From: an uncultured delta proteobacterium
GTDB taxonomy: Bacteria > Desulfobacterota > RBG-13-43-22
Assembly: GCA_963711835.1 (NCBI GenBank)
Contig: CAVQFQ010000025.1
Span: forward strand, 32,001-96,000
Direction of reading: 5' to 3'
DNA: 64,000 nt
Shown here one piece after another: positions 38,483 to 48,443 of this stretch. The position numbers and the translations under genes were made by a program. Numbering within the stretch: position 1 is the stretch's first letter; the number at the start of each line of letters is the position of its first letter. The notes under the pieces were generated by a model. The model ran no database searches, had not been told where the DNA came from, and saw only the letters and a program-made list of their open reading frames with translations.

Positions 38483-40477
38483 ATGTCTGGGCAAGCAAAA
38501 ATCTTATCTGCAACCCCTTTGATACCCACTGGTCCGGCGGAGGAAGTTCTTTTCCAGGTCATGGCCCGACTGAATGACGGTCTTTTTATCGTCGACAGCG
38601 GGGGAAAAATTACCTATCTGAATCCGGCGGCCGAGGAAATAACCGGCCTTTCATCCTCCGAGGCGGCAGGCCGCCCCTGCAGCGAAGTATTCGAAAGCCT
38701 GACTGTTGAGCAGGGCCCTTTCCCCCCCGAAGGCCCGGAAACGACGGATTCGATTCTTCATCAAAAATGTTTGTCCCTGAAGGGCGACGGAAAAAAAATT
38801 CCACTCTATCGCACCCTGTCGGTCTTAACGGATCGGGCCGGAAAGACGATCGGCCAAATGGGGATCTTGAGGGATGTTTCCCGCAGCAAGGCCCTGGAGG
38901 ATGATTGGCAGCTTTCCGAGAACCAATACCGGCAGATTTTTGAGGGATCCAGGGATTTGATTTTTATTACCTCCAAGGAGGGGAGGATTAAAGATGTCAA
39001 TCAAGCCGGGTTGGACTTGCTGAAATACCGCCATAAGCCGGAATTATTGGACCTGGAATCGGTGGAGAAGATATTTCGAAATCCCATACATTGGGCGGTA
39101 TTCCGGAAACAAATCGACCGCCACGGTTCCATAAAAGACTTCGAAGCCGGATTCAAGAGGAAGGATGGCGCCTTTATTCATTGTCTGCTGAGCGGAAATG
39201 CGGTTCGCAACTGGATCGGAGAGATTGTAGGCTATGAGGCGATAGCCAAAGATATCACCGCCCGCATGGACGCCCATCGGATTTTACAACAGCGGCATAG
39301 CGACTTACAGGTACTGACCTCCGTTGCTCTGGCCATGAACACCACCCAGGATTTAAATGACATCCTCAAAATTGCCCTGACCAAGGTTCTAAATGCTTTA
39401 AACCTGACCTCGGGGGGGATCTTCTTAATCGACCATGATAAAGCGGCCTACCTGCTCCGGGCCCAACAGGGACTCCCGGATATCGGGGCCGATACCGGCA
39501 ACCGCATTTTCCTCACGGACCAACTCCTTATGGAGGGGCTCCTCAAAAAAAATCTTCATCTTGCCCCGGAACCCATTTTCCCTCCTTTCAAGGCCGTCCT
39601 GCGGGGCGAAAACGAGGCTCCGGCTTTGGAGTTTACCTGCTTCCTGATTACCGCCAAGGAGAAGGCCTGCGGGTTTATGGCCTTTGTGGTTCCCGCAAAC
39701 AGGGATCTTACCTCCGGGGAAGATTACCATCTCCTGGGTTCTTTAGGGAACTTTTTAGGCGGGGCTATTGAAAACGCCCAACTTCTCGAAACGATTCAGG
39801 AGCACCGGGAAGAGCTCAAAGGGTTGACGGCGAACCTGTTTCATTCCCAGGAGGGAGAAAGAAAACGGATTGCCCAGGAATTGCATGACGAGGCCGGGCA
39901 AGCCCTGACCGGGATTCATTTTACCCTGGAAACGATTGAGAAGGGCATTTCCTCCGAATCGATCCAGACCCGGGAACTTATTGCCGAGGTGAAACGGCAG
40001 ATCAACCGCACTTATCAGGAAATGCGCAATATTTCGTATAGCCTGCACCCGGCCATTTTAAGTGATTTAGGCCTGGAACCGGCCTTGGATTCCTATGTGG
40101 CCAATCTTTCCCTGCTTCGGGAAATTGAAATCGATTTCAAAATGATCGGTTTCGAAAAGCGCCTGGACACGGAAATGGAGACCGTCTTATACCGCCTTTC
40201 GCAGGAGGCGATAACCAACTCTCTGAAACACTCCGGGGCAAAACATATTAAGCTTTCGATCATCAAGAGTTATCCCCGTATTATCTTTGTTGCCGAGGAT
40301 GACGGGGTGGGTTTCAGCAGCCCTTCAAGAACCAAGCCCAAACAATCCCTGGGTCTATTGGGCATGCGGGAAAGGGCCTCCATGTTGGGGGGAAACTTCT
40401 CGATCCGGTCGAACCCCGGGCAAGGGACCAGGATACGAATTGAAATGCCCATCCGGGAGGCCTCTAATGGCCGATAA
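38483..40477 (+). CDS. PAS/GAF sensor histidine kinase (HisKA_3)
   Basis: ERKRIAQELHDEAGQ, DDGVGF, GLLGMRER; paralogue of 24398. Confidence 0.92.
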   Translation: MSGQAKILSATPLIPTGPAEEVLFQVMARLNDGLFIVDSGGKITYLNPAAEEITGLSSSEAAGRPCSEVFESLTVEQGPFPPEGPETTDSILHQKCLSLKGDGKKIPLYRTLSVLTDRAGKTIGQMGILRDVSRSKALEDDWQLSENQYRQIFEGSRDLIFITSKEGRIKDVNQAGLDLLKYRHKPELLDLESVEKIFRNPIHWAVFRKQIDRHGSIKDFEAGFKRKDGAFIHCLLSGNAVRNWIGEIVGYEAIAKDITARMDAHRILQQRHSDLQVLTSVALAMNTTQDLNDILKIALTKVLNALNLTSGGIFLIDHDKAAYLLRAQQGLPDIGADTGNRIFLTDQLLMEGLLKKNLHLAPEPIFPPFKAVLRGENEAPALEFTCFLITAKEKACGFMAFVVPANRDLTSGEDYHLLGSLGNFLGGAIENAQLLETIQEHREELKGLTANLFHSQEGERKRIAQELHDEAGQALTGIHFTLETIEKGISSESIQTRELIAEVKRQINRTYQEMRNISYSLHPAILSDLGLEPALDSYVANLSLLREIEIDFKMIGFEKRLDTEMETVLYRLSQEAITNSLKHSGAKHIKLSIIKSYPRIIFVAEDDGVGFSSPSRTKPKQSLGLLGMRERASMLGGNFSIRSNPGQGTRIRIEMPIREASNGR

Positions 40478-41135
40478 AGCGGTTACCGTACTGTTGGCCG
40501 ACGACCATACCATTGTCCTCCAAGGCTTGGCCAAGTTATTGGAAGGGGAACCGAACATCCGGGTGGTGGGGGAAGCGCACAACGGGCGGGAGGCCGTCAA
40601 TAAGGTGGAGGAATTAAAACCCGATGTGATCGTGATGGACATCGCCATGCCCATTTTAAACGGCATTGAGGCCACCCGTCAGATCAAAAAAATCCGCCCT
40701 CAAAGCAAAGTCATCATCCTATCCATGCATTCACACGATCGTTTTATCAATGAACTTTTTTCTCTGGGGGCCTCGGGCTATCTTCTGAAGGATTCTACAG
40801 GCCAGGACATCATTCGGGCGATTCAGGCCGCCGTCAGGGGAGATACCTACTTGAGTCCTTCCATTTCCCGGCGGGTTATAGAAAACTATGTTTCCTTGAA
40901 AAAAAATAAATCCTCCCAGGAAGAACTTTACAGTCAACTTTCAAACCGGGAGCGGGAAGTGTTCCAGATGATCGCCGAGGGGCGTTCCACGAAAGAAATT
41001 GCCGATATTCTTTATGTCAGCCAAAGTACGGTAAAGTCCCATCGCGCCAATATCCTGGAAAAACTGCAGATAGAAAACCTTAGCCAGCTCATCCAGTTTG
41101 CCATTTCCTTGAACCTAGTGGAAATCCAGCAATAG
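40467..41135 (+). CDS. NarL-family response regulator
   Basis: DDH, MDIAMP, LSNREREV HTH; start at MADKAV. Confidence 0.93.
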   Translation: MADKAVTVLLADDHTIVLQGLAKLLEGEPNIRVVGEAHNGREAVNKVEELKPDVIVMDIAMPILNGIEATRQIKKIRPQSKVIILSMHSHDRFINELFSLGASGYLLKDSTGQDIIRAIQAAVRGDTYLSPSISRRVIENYVSLKKNKSSQEELYSQLSNREREVFQMIAEGRSTKEIADILYVSQSTVKSHRANILEKLQIENLSQLIQFAISLNLVEIQQ

Positions 41136-41161
41136 ACTTTTCCACCCGGAATCCCTTCAAA

Positions 41162-41200
41162 ATAGTCTCGTTGCCTCCCAAAAATCATCTCTCGGACGAT
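41162..41200 (+). promoter_or_regulatory. ATCATC-N5-GACGAT box, with a degenerate copy 22 bp upstream
   Basis: Same motif as at 27368-27449, in the equivalent position after the response regulator. Confidence 0.5.
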
Positions 41201-41296
41201 AGATTTAGTTTCTTTTTTAAGGTATTGTTTCATAGAGGCTATTACAGAAATAATTTTTTTAACGCGTTTTTATCTTTTTTATAAGGAGGCTGACTC

Positions 41297-42244
41297 GTGT
41301 TCCAGATAGAAACAGCACAAAAAGTGTGCCAGGTCGGAGGGGTGAAGTTCGGGGGGCAACCTGGAGAATATCCTACCGTGGTCTGTTCCTCCATCTTCCA
41401 AAAAGGAGACAAATTATTTCTGGGAAAAAGGCAGGAGGGCTTTGATGAAAAGCGGGCCGCGGAACTCCTTAAGACCCAGGACAAGCTCTGGCAGGAGACC
41501 GGGGTGCCGGGCATGGCCGATATCGTGGCCAATACCGGCAGTGAATTTAAGACTTATATTGATTTTGTGACCTCAGTGAGTAATATGCCCTTTTGTATCG
41601 ATGCCTGGACTATGAAACCCAAACTGGAGGGGGCGGCCTATTGTGCCGAAAAAGGCCTGCTGGACCGGATGTTTTATAACAGCCTGACGGTCTGGGAAAA
41701 GGATTTGGAGACCGAAATCAAGGAAATTGCCCAAATCGGCGTAAAACACGTGCTCCTGGTGGCCTTTGATATGGCGGATCAATTACCCAGTGGGAGAATC
41801 GCCGGCACCCAAAAACTACTTGATGCCATTGATAAGGTGGGGGCATCCTTTGAAAGCCTATTTGTTGACACTTCGGTCATGAACGGACCGGCCACGGCTT
41901 TTTGTGGCCTGGCCAACCGTCTGATTAAGGAAAAATGGGGCTTCCCCACCGGAAGCGCTCCGAGTAACGGATCGTATATGTGGAAAAAGGCCCGGGAAAT
42001 GTGGGGGTTCACGGGCTGGTCGGCGGTCGATGCCGGTTTGGAGTCCCTGGCCTCCTTTCTATACCATGACATCATCTTTTCCGGTCCCATGGCCGGTGCC
42101 CCGAGAATCTTTCCGGCCGTGGCCATGGCCGATGCCTTTTTAGCCACGGCGGTTTTTGCCGAGAGCAAGCGGTTGCCCCAGGATCCGAACCATCCGCTAT
42201 TTAAGCTCTTTCCGGAATTTGTGGAGCAACTCAAAAAGATTTAA
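41297..42244 (+). CDS. MtrH-family methylcorrinoid:tetrahydrofolate methyltransferase (MtgA/CmuB-like)
   Basis: GGVKFGGQPGEYPTV N-terminus, YNS, G.APSN. Confidence 0.88.
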   Translation: MFQIETAQKVCQVGGVKFGGQPGEYPTVVCSSIFQKGDKLFLGKRQEGFDEKRAAELLKTQDKLWQETGVPGMADIVANTGSEFKTYIDFVTSVSNMPFCIDAWTMKPKLEGAAYCAEKGLLDRMFYNSLTVWEKDLETEIKEIAQIGVKHVLLVAFDMADQLPSGRIAGTQKLLDAIDKVGASFESLFVDTSVMNGPATAFCGLANRLIKEKWGFPTGSAPSNGSYMWKKAREMWGFTGWSAVDAGLESLASFLYHDIIFSGPMAGAPRIFPAVAMADAFLATAVFAESKRLPQDPNHPLFKLFPEFVEQLKKI

Positions 42245-42341
42245 TAAGCTAAGGTTCCAATTCTAAACCGGCAGCGGGTGGCCGGCCGAGGCCTTTCGCC
42301 GAGGGAATCCCCGGAAATAAAAAGAAAAAGGAGGGACAGGC

Positions 42342-43022
42342 ATGGCTTCAGAAGAAAGAACAAAAGAACTAATGAAAGCCCTTCAGGAGGCGGTAGTCAA
42401 CTACGATGAGGACAAGGTCAAGGAATTGTCTCAGGCCGTTATCGATGAAGGGGCGGATCCCTTTACGGCTACCATGGACGGTTTGGCTGAAGGGATGATT
42501 CAGGTTGGGGATCTTTATAATAAAAAGGAATACTTCGTCCCCGAGCTCCTGATGTGCGCCGATGCCCTGTATGCAGGACTGGACCTTCTGAAGCCCGCCA
42601 TTGAGGCTTCCGGGAGAAAAAGCGAATCCAAGGGTTCTATCGTGCTCGGGGTGGTCGAAGGCGATGTCCACGACATCGGTAAAAACCTGATCAAGATGAT
42701 GTTTGAGGTGGCCGGCTGGACCGTTTATGACTTGGGTAAAGACGTGCCTTTGGACCGGTTCTTGGAGGAACAGTTGAGGACGGACTCGGATATCGTCGGG
42801 CTTTCGGCCTTGATGACTACCAGCATGATCAGTATGCCCGAGATCGTCAAGAAGCTGAAGGAGAAAAATCCCAAGGTTCGGGTTATGTTGGGCGGCGCCC
42901 CCATTACCCCGGAAGTGGTGGAAAAGTACGGCGCCGACGGCTACGCCCGGGATGCCGGGACGGCCGTAGACGAGGCCATTAAATTGATTAAGATGCTCCG
43001 GGAAGAAGAAAAGGCAAAGTAA
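42342..43022 (+). CDS. Methyltransferase corrinoid protein
   Basis: EYFVPE, GDVHDIGKN, SALMTT, GGAP. Confidence 0.93.
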   Translation: MASEERTKELMKALQEAVVNYDEDKVKELSQAVIDEGADPFTATMDGLAEGMIQVGDLYNKKEYFVPELLMCADALYAGLDLLKPAIEASGRKSESKGSIVLGVVEGDVHDIGKNLIKMMFEVAGWTVYDLGKDVPLDRFLEEQLRTDSDIVGLSALMTTSMISMPEIVKKLKEKNPKVRVMLGGAPITPEVVEKYGADGYARDAGTAVDEAIKLIKMLREEEKAK

Positions 43023-43160
43023 ATCAAAGCCTTTTCAAGGGTGATTTCCCTTTTCCTTTGAGCGATCCGGCGGGCAAAAAATAACACCCTTTTTTGTTTT
43101 CTCAGTCTTACTCTGAGCTGAGCATTAACTCGTTATCGGGATAGAGAAAGGAGCCGTATT

Positions 43161-46100
43161 ATGCCGAGTGGGGAAATTGAAAAAGTTTTAGTCATTTTTC
43201 AACCCTCAGGATGTCGAGGGCACATCGAACCAGGAAAGACCCTCAAACAGGCCTCCGTGGCCTTAGGCGTGGATATTGAAGGGGTCTGCGGGGAACAGGC
43301 TATTTGCGGGACCTGCAAGGTTCGGGTCGAGGAAGGGGAATTCGAAAAATACGGTATCCGCTCCACCCGAGATCATCTTTCCGCTATGGGGCCTTCGGAG
43401 AGAAAATTCTTTAACCTGCGGCAGGTCGACGAGGGCTACCGGCTGGCCTGTCAGGCCCAGATCCTGGGCGATGTGGTTATCTTCGTCCCGGAAGAAAGCC
43501 GGATGGGTAAGCAGGTGGTCCGAAAGGCGCCTACCGCGCGGCCGATTGAAATCAAACCGGCGGTCAGAAAATATCCGGTCGAGCTGATCAAAGCCACCCT
43601 GGAAGACAATATCGGTGATTGGGAACGATTGACGGCGGCCCTGGAGGAAAAATACGGCCTGAAGCAGTTGACCTTAGACTACGAAGTGCTCATGGATTTA
43701 CAGACCATCGTCCGCCAGGGGGAGTGGAAGATTACGGTTACGGTCTGGCAGGGCCGGGAAGTGATCCGGGTCGAACCCGGAATCAAGGAAAAGGGCTATG
43801 GGCTGGCGGTCGATGTGGGCACTTCCACGGTAGCCGGTTACTTGTGCGATATAAGCGATGGGACGGTGATCGCCACCGCCTCCATGATGAATCCCCAGAT
43901 TGTCTATGGGGAAGATGTCATGTCCCGGATCAGTTACACCATGACCAATTCGGACGGCTTGGAGATCCTGAACCAGGCTATCGTGGACGGTCTGAACGGT
44001 ATCGTGGCCGAAGTAGCGGAAACCGCCGGTATCAAGCGCCAGGATATCCTGGATATGAGCATCGTAGGCAACACCTGTATGCACCATATCTATTTGAACA
44101 TCGATCCCAAGTACATCGGGCGTTCTCCCTTTGCGCCGAGTTTACACCATTCGATGGATATCAAGGCCCGTGATTTCGGCTTCAAGATTCCCCAGGAAAA
44201 AGAAAGGGAAGACAAAGGGAAGTATGCCCCCTGCCGGGTGGAATGTCCGGCGGGGGTTAACGTCGATGATTTCTTATATCTCATGGCGCAGCATAAGTTT
44301 AAAGAGGCCCTGGAACTGGTCCGATTATCCTATCCCTTTTCCGGCGTCTGCGGTCGGGTCTGTACCCATCCCTGCGAAGGGATATGCGAAAGGGGTAAAG
44401 TGGATGCGCCCATTTCCATCCGGGCGGCCCATCGTTTTCTGGCTGATTATGAATTGACCCAGGGAAGGGAAAAGGCCGCTCCCGTGGAATTGAAAAAGGC
44501 CTCCCGGATCGCTATCGTAGGTTCCGGGCCGGCCGGTCTGGCCTGTGCTTATGATTTGATTCGCCGGGGACACCCTATAACCGTTTTTGAGGCCAAGGCC
44601 CAGGCCGGAGGTATGCTGCGCTACGGCATTCCGGAATACCGGCTGCCGAAAGGTATTCTGGAAGATGAAATCCATTACCTGGAAGAGTTGGGTGTGGAGA
44701 TAAAGACCAATACCGCCGTGAAAAACGTGGAGGATATCTTCAACGAGGGATATCAAGCTATCTTCCTGGCGACCGGGACCTGGAAAAGCCAGAAATTGAA
44801 CCTACCGGGGGAAGACAGCCCGGATGTAATCTATGCCCTCGATTTTCTAAGAGAGGTGAATTCAGGCGAGAAAGTCGGACTGGGCGGCCGGGTGGCGGTT
44901 ATCGGCGGAGGCAGTGTGGCTGTGGATGCAGCCCGGCTATCCAAGCGTCTGGGCGCCCGGGAAATTCACCTGATCTGTCTGGAATCCACCGACCTGACCT
45001 GCCGGGATCGGATGCCGGCCCAGGATCTGGAAATCGAACAAGCCCGCCAAGAAGGGATTATTATCCATCCTTCCCTGGGCGTTGGGAAAATTATCTCCGA
45101 AGAGGGCAAGGTCAAGGCGGTCGACACAGTCGGTTGTGTGTCGGTTTATGATGCCGAAGGCCGGTTTGACCCGCAGTTTTCCAAAGAGCCCGCTCCCTCG
45201 ATTTCCGTAGATACCGTGATTGTGGCCGTAGGCCAGAGGGCCGAGGATAACGTTTTCTCGGAAATCAATCGGCACTCTTCGGGGATCATCCAGGTTGATG
45301 AAATTACTCTCGAAACAAACCAAAAGGGGGTTTTTGCCGGTGGTGATGTAGCTACCGGCCCCGCCAATGTGATCAAGGCCGTTCGGGCCGGAAAAGAGGC
45401 CGCTATTTCCATCGAGCTTTATCTGGCCGGGATGGATATGAAGGAAGACCGGCCTAAACCTTTAAAGGCTGTCGAAGATGTACCCAAAGAAGGGGTCAGG
45501 AAAGAAGCCCGCCAGGAGGTTCCGGAACGGCCCCTGGATCAGCGTCAGGGTTTTGATGAGGTGGAATTGGGCTTTGAGGAATCCCAGGTGGTTCAAGAAT
45601 CGCTCCGCTGTCTCCACTGCGCGGTGTATGCCCAGAAGGACGTCTCCGATGGTGAAGAGGCCCGGGGCTGGGGTATCAAAATCGCCCCCGGGGCGTACAT
45701 CCATTGTCTGCCGATTGAGGCCGGTTTTGTAGGGGCCGATAATGTGGGCGTGCTGATTGCCGAAGCACCCTATAACCAGGATAGCCTCGAGCTGGTTATC
45801 GATATCGGCACCAACGGGGAAATCATTCTGGGCAACCGGAAGAGGTTGATTTCCGCTTCCTGCGCCACGGGACCGGCCTTTGAGGGGGCCCAGTTGCGTT
45901 TCGGTATGCGGGCCGCCCCTGGGGCCATTGAAAAAATTGAAATTGATAAAGAGACCCAGGAGGTCCGTTTCAAGGTTATTGACGAGACCCGCTGGAATAC
46001 CGAAATGAAACCGGAAGAGATAAAGGCCAAGGGCATCTGCGGCTCCGGTATCATTGATGCCATCCCGCAACTCTTCTTAGCCGGTATTATTGATAAAACG

Positions 46101-46613
46101 GGAAAGTTCGTTAAAGAACTCCAGCATCCCCGGTTGCGGCAAGTGGAGGGTCAATACGAATACATTATTGCCTGGGCCCACGAGACCTCCATCGGCCAGG
46201 ATGTGGTCGTCTGCCAGGATGATATCCGGGCCATCCAGTTGGGTAAGGCCGCCATGTACGCCGGCAGCAAAATCCTGATGGAGACCCTGGGGATTGAAAA
46301 GCTGGACAAGGTGATTTTAGCCGGGGCCTTCGGAAGTTACATTGACAAGCTGTCGGCCGCGATTCTGGGGATGTTCCCGGATTGTGATCCCAAAAATGTG
46401 TATTCGGTAGGCAATGCGGCCGGGGACGGGGCTCGGATGGCTTTGCTCAATGTCGATAAACGGAGAGAGGCCGATGAGTATGCCAGAAAGGTGGAGTATA
46501 TCGAGCTCACCATCTCCCCGAGATTCGAAAAGATATTTGCCCAATCGATGTGGTTTCCCCATATGAAGGACCCTTTTCCGAACTTGCAGGAGTATCTCCC
46601 GGCCAAGAAATAG
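43161..46613 (+). CDS. ASKHA corrinoid activator with an inserted GltD/SudA-like FAD/Fe-S oxidoreductase module
   Basis: RACE motifs on both sides of an insert containing APCRVECP, CGRVCTHPCE, GSGPAG, GGGSVA, FAGGD and RCLHC. Confidence 0.9.
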   Translation: MPSGEIEKVLVIFQPSGCRGHIEPGKTLKQASVALGVDIEGVCGEQAICGTCKVRVEEGEFEKYGIRSTRDHLSAMGPSERKFFNLRQVDEGYRLACQAQILGDVVIFVPEESRMGKQVVRKAPTARPIEIKPAVRKYPVELIKATLEDNIGDWERLTAALEEKYGLKQLTLDYEVLMDLQTIVRQGEWKITVTVWQGREVIRVEPGIKEKGYGLAVDVGTSTVAGYLCDISDGTVIATASMMNPQIVYGEDVMSRISYTMTNSDGLEILNQAIVDGLNGIVAEVAETAGIKRQDILDMSIVGNTCMHHIYLNIDPKYIGRSPFAPSLHHSMDIKARDFGFKIPQEKEREDKGKYAPCRVECPAGVNVDDFLYLMAQHKFKEALELVRLSYPFSGVCGRVCTHPCEGICERGKVDAPISIRAAHRFLADYELTQGREKAAPVELKKASRIAIVGSGPAGLACAYDLIRRGHPITVFEAKAQAGGMLRYGIPEYRLPKGILEDEIHYLEELGVEIKTNTAVKNVEDIFNEGYQAIFLATGTWKSQKLNLPGEDSPDVIYALDFLREVNSGEKVGLGGRVAVIGGGSVAVDAARLSKRLGAREIHLICLESTDLTCRDRMPAQDLEIEQARQEGIIIHPSLGVGKIISEEGKVKAVDTVGCVSVYDAEGRFDPQFSKEPAPSISVDTVIVAVGQRAEDNVFSEINRHSSGIIQVDEITLETNQKGVFAGGDVATGPANVIKAVRAGKEAAISIELYLAGMDMKEDRPKPLKAVEDVPKEGVRKEARQEVPERPLDQRQGFDEVELGFEESQVVQESLRCLHCAVYAQKDVSDGEEARGWGIKIAPGAYIHCLPIEAGFVGADNVGVLIAEAPYNQDSLELVIDIGTNGEIILGNRKRLISASCATGPAFEGAQLRFGMRAAPGAIEKIEIDKETQEVRFKVIDETRWNTEMKPEEIKAKGICGSGIIDAIPQLFLAGIIDKTGKFVKELQHPRLRQVEGQYEYIIAWAHETSIGQDVVVCQDDIRAIQLGKAAMYAGSKILMETLGIEKLDKVILAGAFGSYIDKLSAAILGMFPDCDPKNVYSVGNAAGDGARMALLNVDKRREADEYARKVEYIELTISPRFEKIFAQSMWFPHMKDPFPNLQEYLPAKK

Positions 46614-46737
46614 GTGTTGGAGTGCAAAAAAGAATTGCGTGTGAAGAAAATTCAAAACGAACATCGAACATGAAATTTCGAATGACGAAGTGTTCTTTTT
46701 TTTGATAGGCATCATTCGTTAATTAAGGAGGCTAATC

Positions 46738-47775
46738 ATGATGGGAACGGAAATGAGTTCCAGAGAAAGGGTGCTGAAATTATTCAACAAGGAAAAGGTC
46801 GATCGTCTGCCCATTTTCAGCGGTATGGGAAACATCACCGTCCAAGGACTGGAGGGGACCAACTGGCGGTTTGCGGAACTACACGTGGATGCCGGAAAAA
46901 TGGCCAAAATGGCCGCCTCAACCGCCCAGCTTTTCGGCTTTGAATCTGCCGTAGTCCCTTTTGATATGGGCGTGGAAGCCGAGGCTTTAGGGGCCGGCGT
47001 TAATTTCTATGCCGGTCACACCGATATCGTTTATCCGACCATTATCAAGAAGGCGGCCGACAAGTTTCAGGATTTGAAGATCCAGGTCCCGGATTTATCC
47101 AAAGCCGGGAGGATCCCCTTGGTGGCCGAGGCCATTCGCATCCTGAAAGAACAGGTAGGGGATAAAATTGCTATCGGCGCCTGGGTGCTGGGTCCTTATA
47201 CCTTGGCCGGCCAGTTGACCGATATCGGCGATCTGGCCAAGTCCGCGTTCAAGAAAACGGCTCAAGTCCAGGAGGTCCTCAACCAATTGGCCGATGTCAT
47301 TATTGCCATTTCCAAGATTTACCGCCAGGCCGGGGCGGATTACATCACCATTCGGGAAATGGGAGCCGGTCCGGATATCTTAAGTCCTCGGATGTTCAAG
47401 GCCCTGATTCAGTCTCCCCTGGAAAAGGTCTTTGCCGGTTTGCAATCGCCCAAGATCCTGCATATTTGCGGCAGCACGGACACGATCATTGAGCAAATGG
47501 CCCAGTGCGGGGCGGAGGCCATCAGCGTGGACCAAAAGAATACCCTGGCGGAAACCCGAAAGAAGATCGGCAAGGATCTGCTGCTGTTTGGGAATTTCAG
47601 CCCTTATGATACCTTGGTTCTCATGGAGGCCTCGGAAGTGGACCCGGTCATTAAGAAGTGTCTGGAAGACGGTGCCGATGCCGTCTGGCCCGGATGTGAT
47701 CTTTGGCCGGATGTTAAGAAAGAAAATATGCAGGCCATGATGGCGGCCGCCTTGAAATACGGACAGCGCTCCTAA
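46738..47775 (+). CDS. MtaA/CmuA-family methyltransferase
   Basis: LHICG, PGCDLWP; close paralogue of 27959. Confidence 0.9.
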   Translation: MMGTEMSSRERVLKLFNKEKVDRLPIFSGMGNITVQGLEGTNWRFAELHVDAGKMAKMAASTAQLFGFESAVVPFDMGVEAEALGAGVNFYAGHTDIVYPTIIKKAADKFQDLKIQVPDLSKAGRIPLVAEAIRILKEQVGDKIAIGAWVLGPYTLAGQLTDIGDLAKSAFKKTAQVQEVLNQLADVIIAISKIYRQAGADYITIREMGAGPDILSPRMFKALIQSPLEKVFAGLQSPKILHICGSTDTIIEQMAQCGAEAISVDQKNTLAETRKKIGKDLLLFGNFSPYDTLVLMEASEVDPVIKKCLEDGADAVWPGCDLWPDVKKENMQAMMAAALKYGQRS

Positions 47776-47918
47776 GGGGAAACATCGGACCCATTTCGTA
47801 TTAAAGCAGGACCCGGGCTCTTGGCCCGGGAAGGGGATGAAAAGGCCAACCACCTTGACCGTTAGAGGTAAATTCGCGGAACAGGTTTTATAAGTACCTA
47901 TAGGGGAGCAACAGGCCT

Positions 47919-48266
47919 ATGACAAGAGTCCGGGTCAAATCCGGCGGCTGCGGCTTTGAGGCTCACATACACGTTCAAAAAACGGAGAGAAGAAAAGTAT
48001 CGGTCACGATAAGCAGTAACTGCCCCCAGGTAAGCTGCCTGGCCAAGGAATTGCCGGACCTGACCATGATGGAGGTGCTCAAGAGCCCCATCGATAAAAA
48101 CCCGGTCTATGAAAAAGCCGGGCAATGCGGATTACATCCCGGTTGCCCGGTGCCCTGCGGGGTCTTAAAAGCCGCTGAAGTTGAGCTTGAACTGGCCCTG
48201 AAAAAGGAGGCCGCCATTGAATTCCAGGAGGTAGGCCTCAAAGATCAAAAGGCAAACAAAGGTTAG
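47919..48266 (+). CDS. Small Cys-rich protein (DUF6951-like)
   Basis: GGCGF, SNC, HPGCPVP; paralogue of 31904. Confidence 0.7.
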   Translation: MTRVRVKSGGCGFEAHIHVQKTERRKVSVTISSNCPQVSCLAKELPDLTMMEVLKSPIDKNPVYEKAGQCGLHPGCPVPCGVLKAAEVELELALKKEAAIEFQEVGLKDQKANKG

Positions 48267-48378
48267 GAGGAAATAAACCATTCACTCCTTCATCTTATCG
48301 GCTTGAGGGCCATTCTCTTCCGGCATGATTACTCCCCTTTAACCCCTGATCCGGGATTCTGGAAAATCAAGAAAAAGA

Positions 48379-48408
48379 TTGACAAAAATCGACCTAAGGA
48401 CTTAATAT
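48379..48408 (+). promoter_or_regulatory. Sigma70-type promoter upstream of the mutase operon
   Basis: TTGACA-N18-TAATAT. Confidence 0.45.
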
Positions 48409-48443
48409 TTAAATTCTTTCCATCCACTGGAAATGAAATCTTA

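Noticed and set aside
22056-48266. hgcAB mercury methylation or a mer operon
   Set aside because: No HgcA cap-helix motif (NVWCAAGK), and no MerA, MerB or MerR recognisable; the mercury link remains a hypothesis only.
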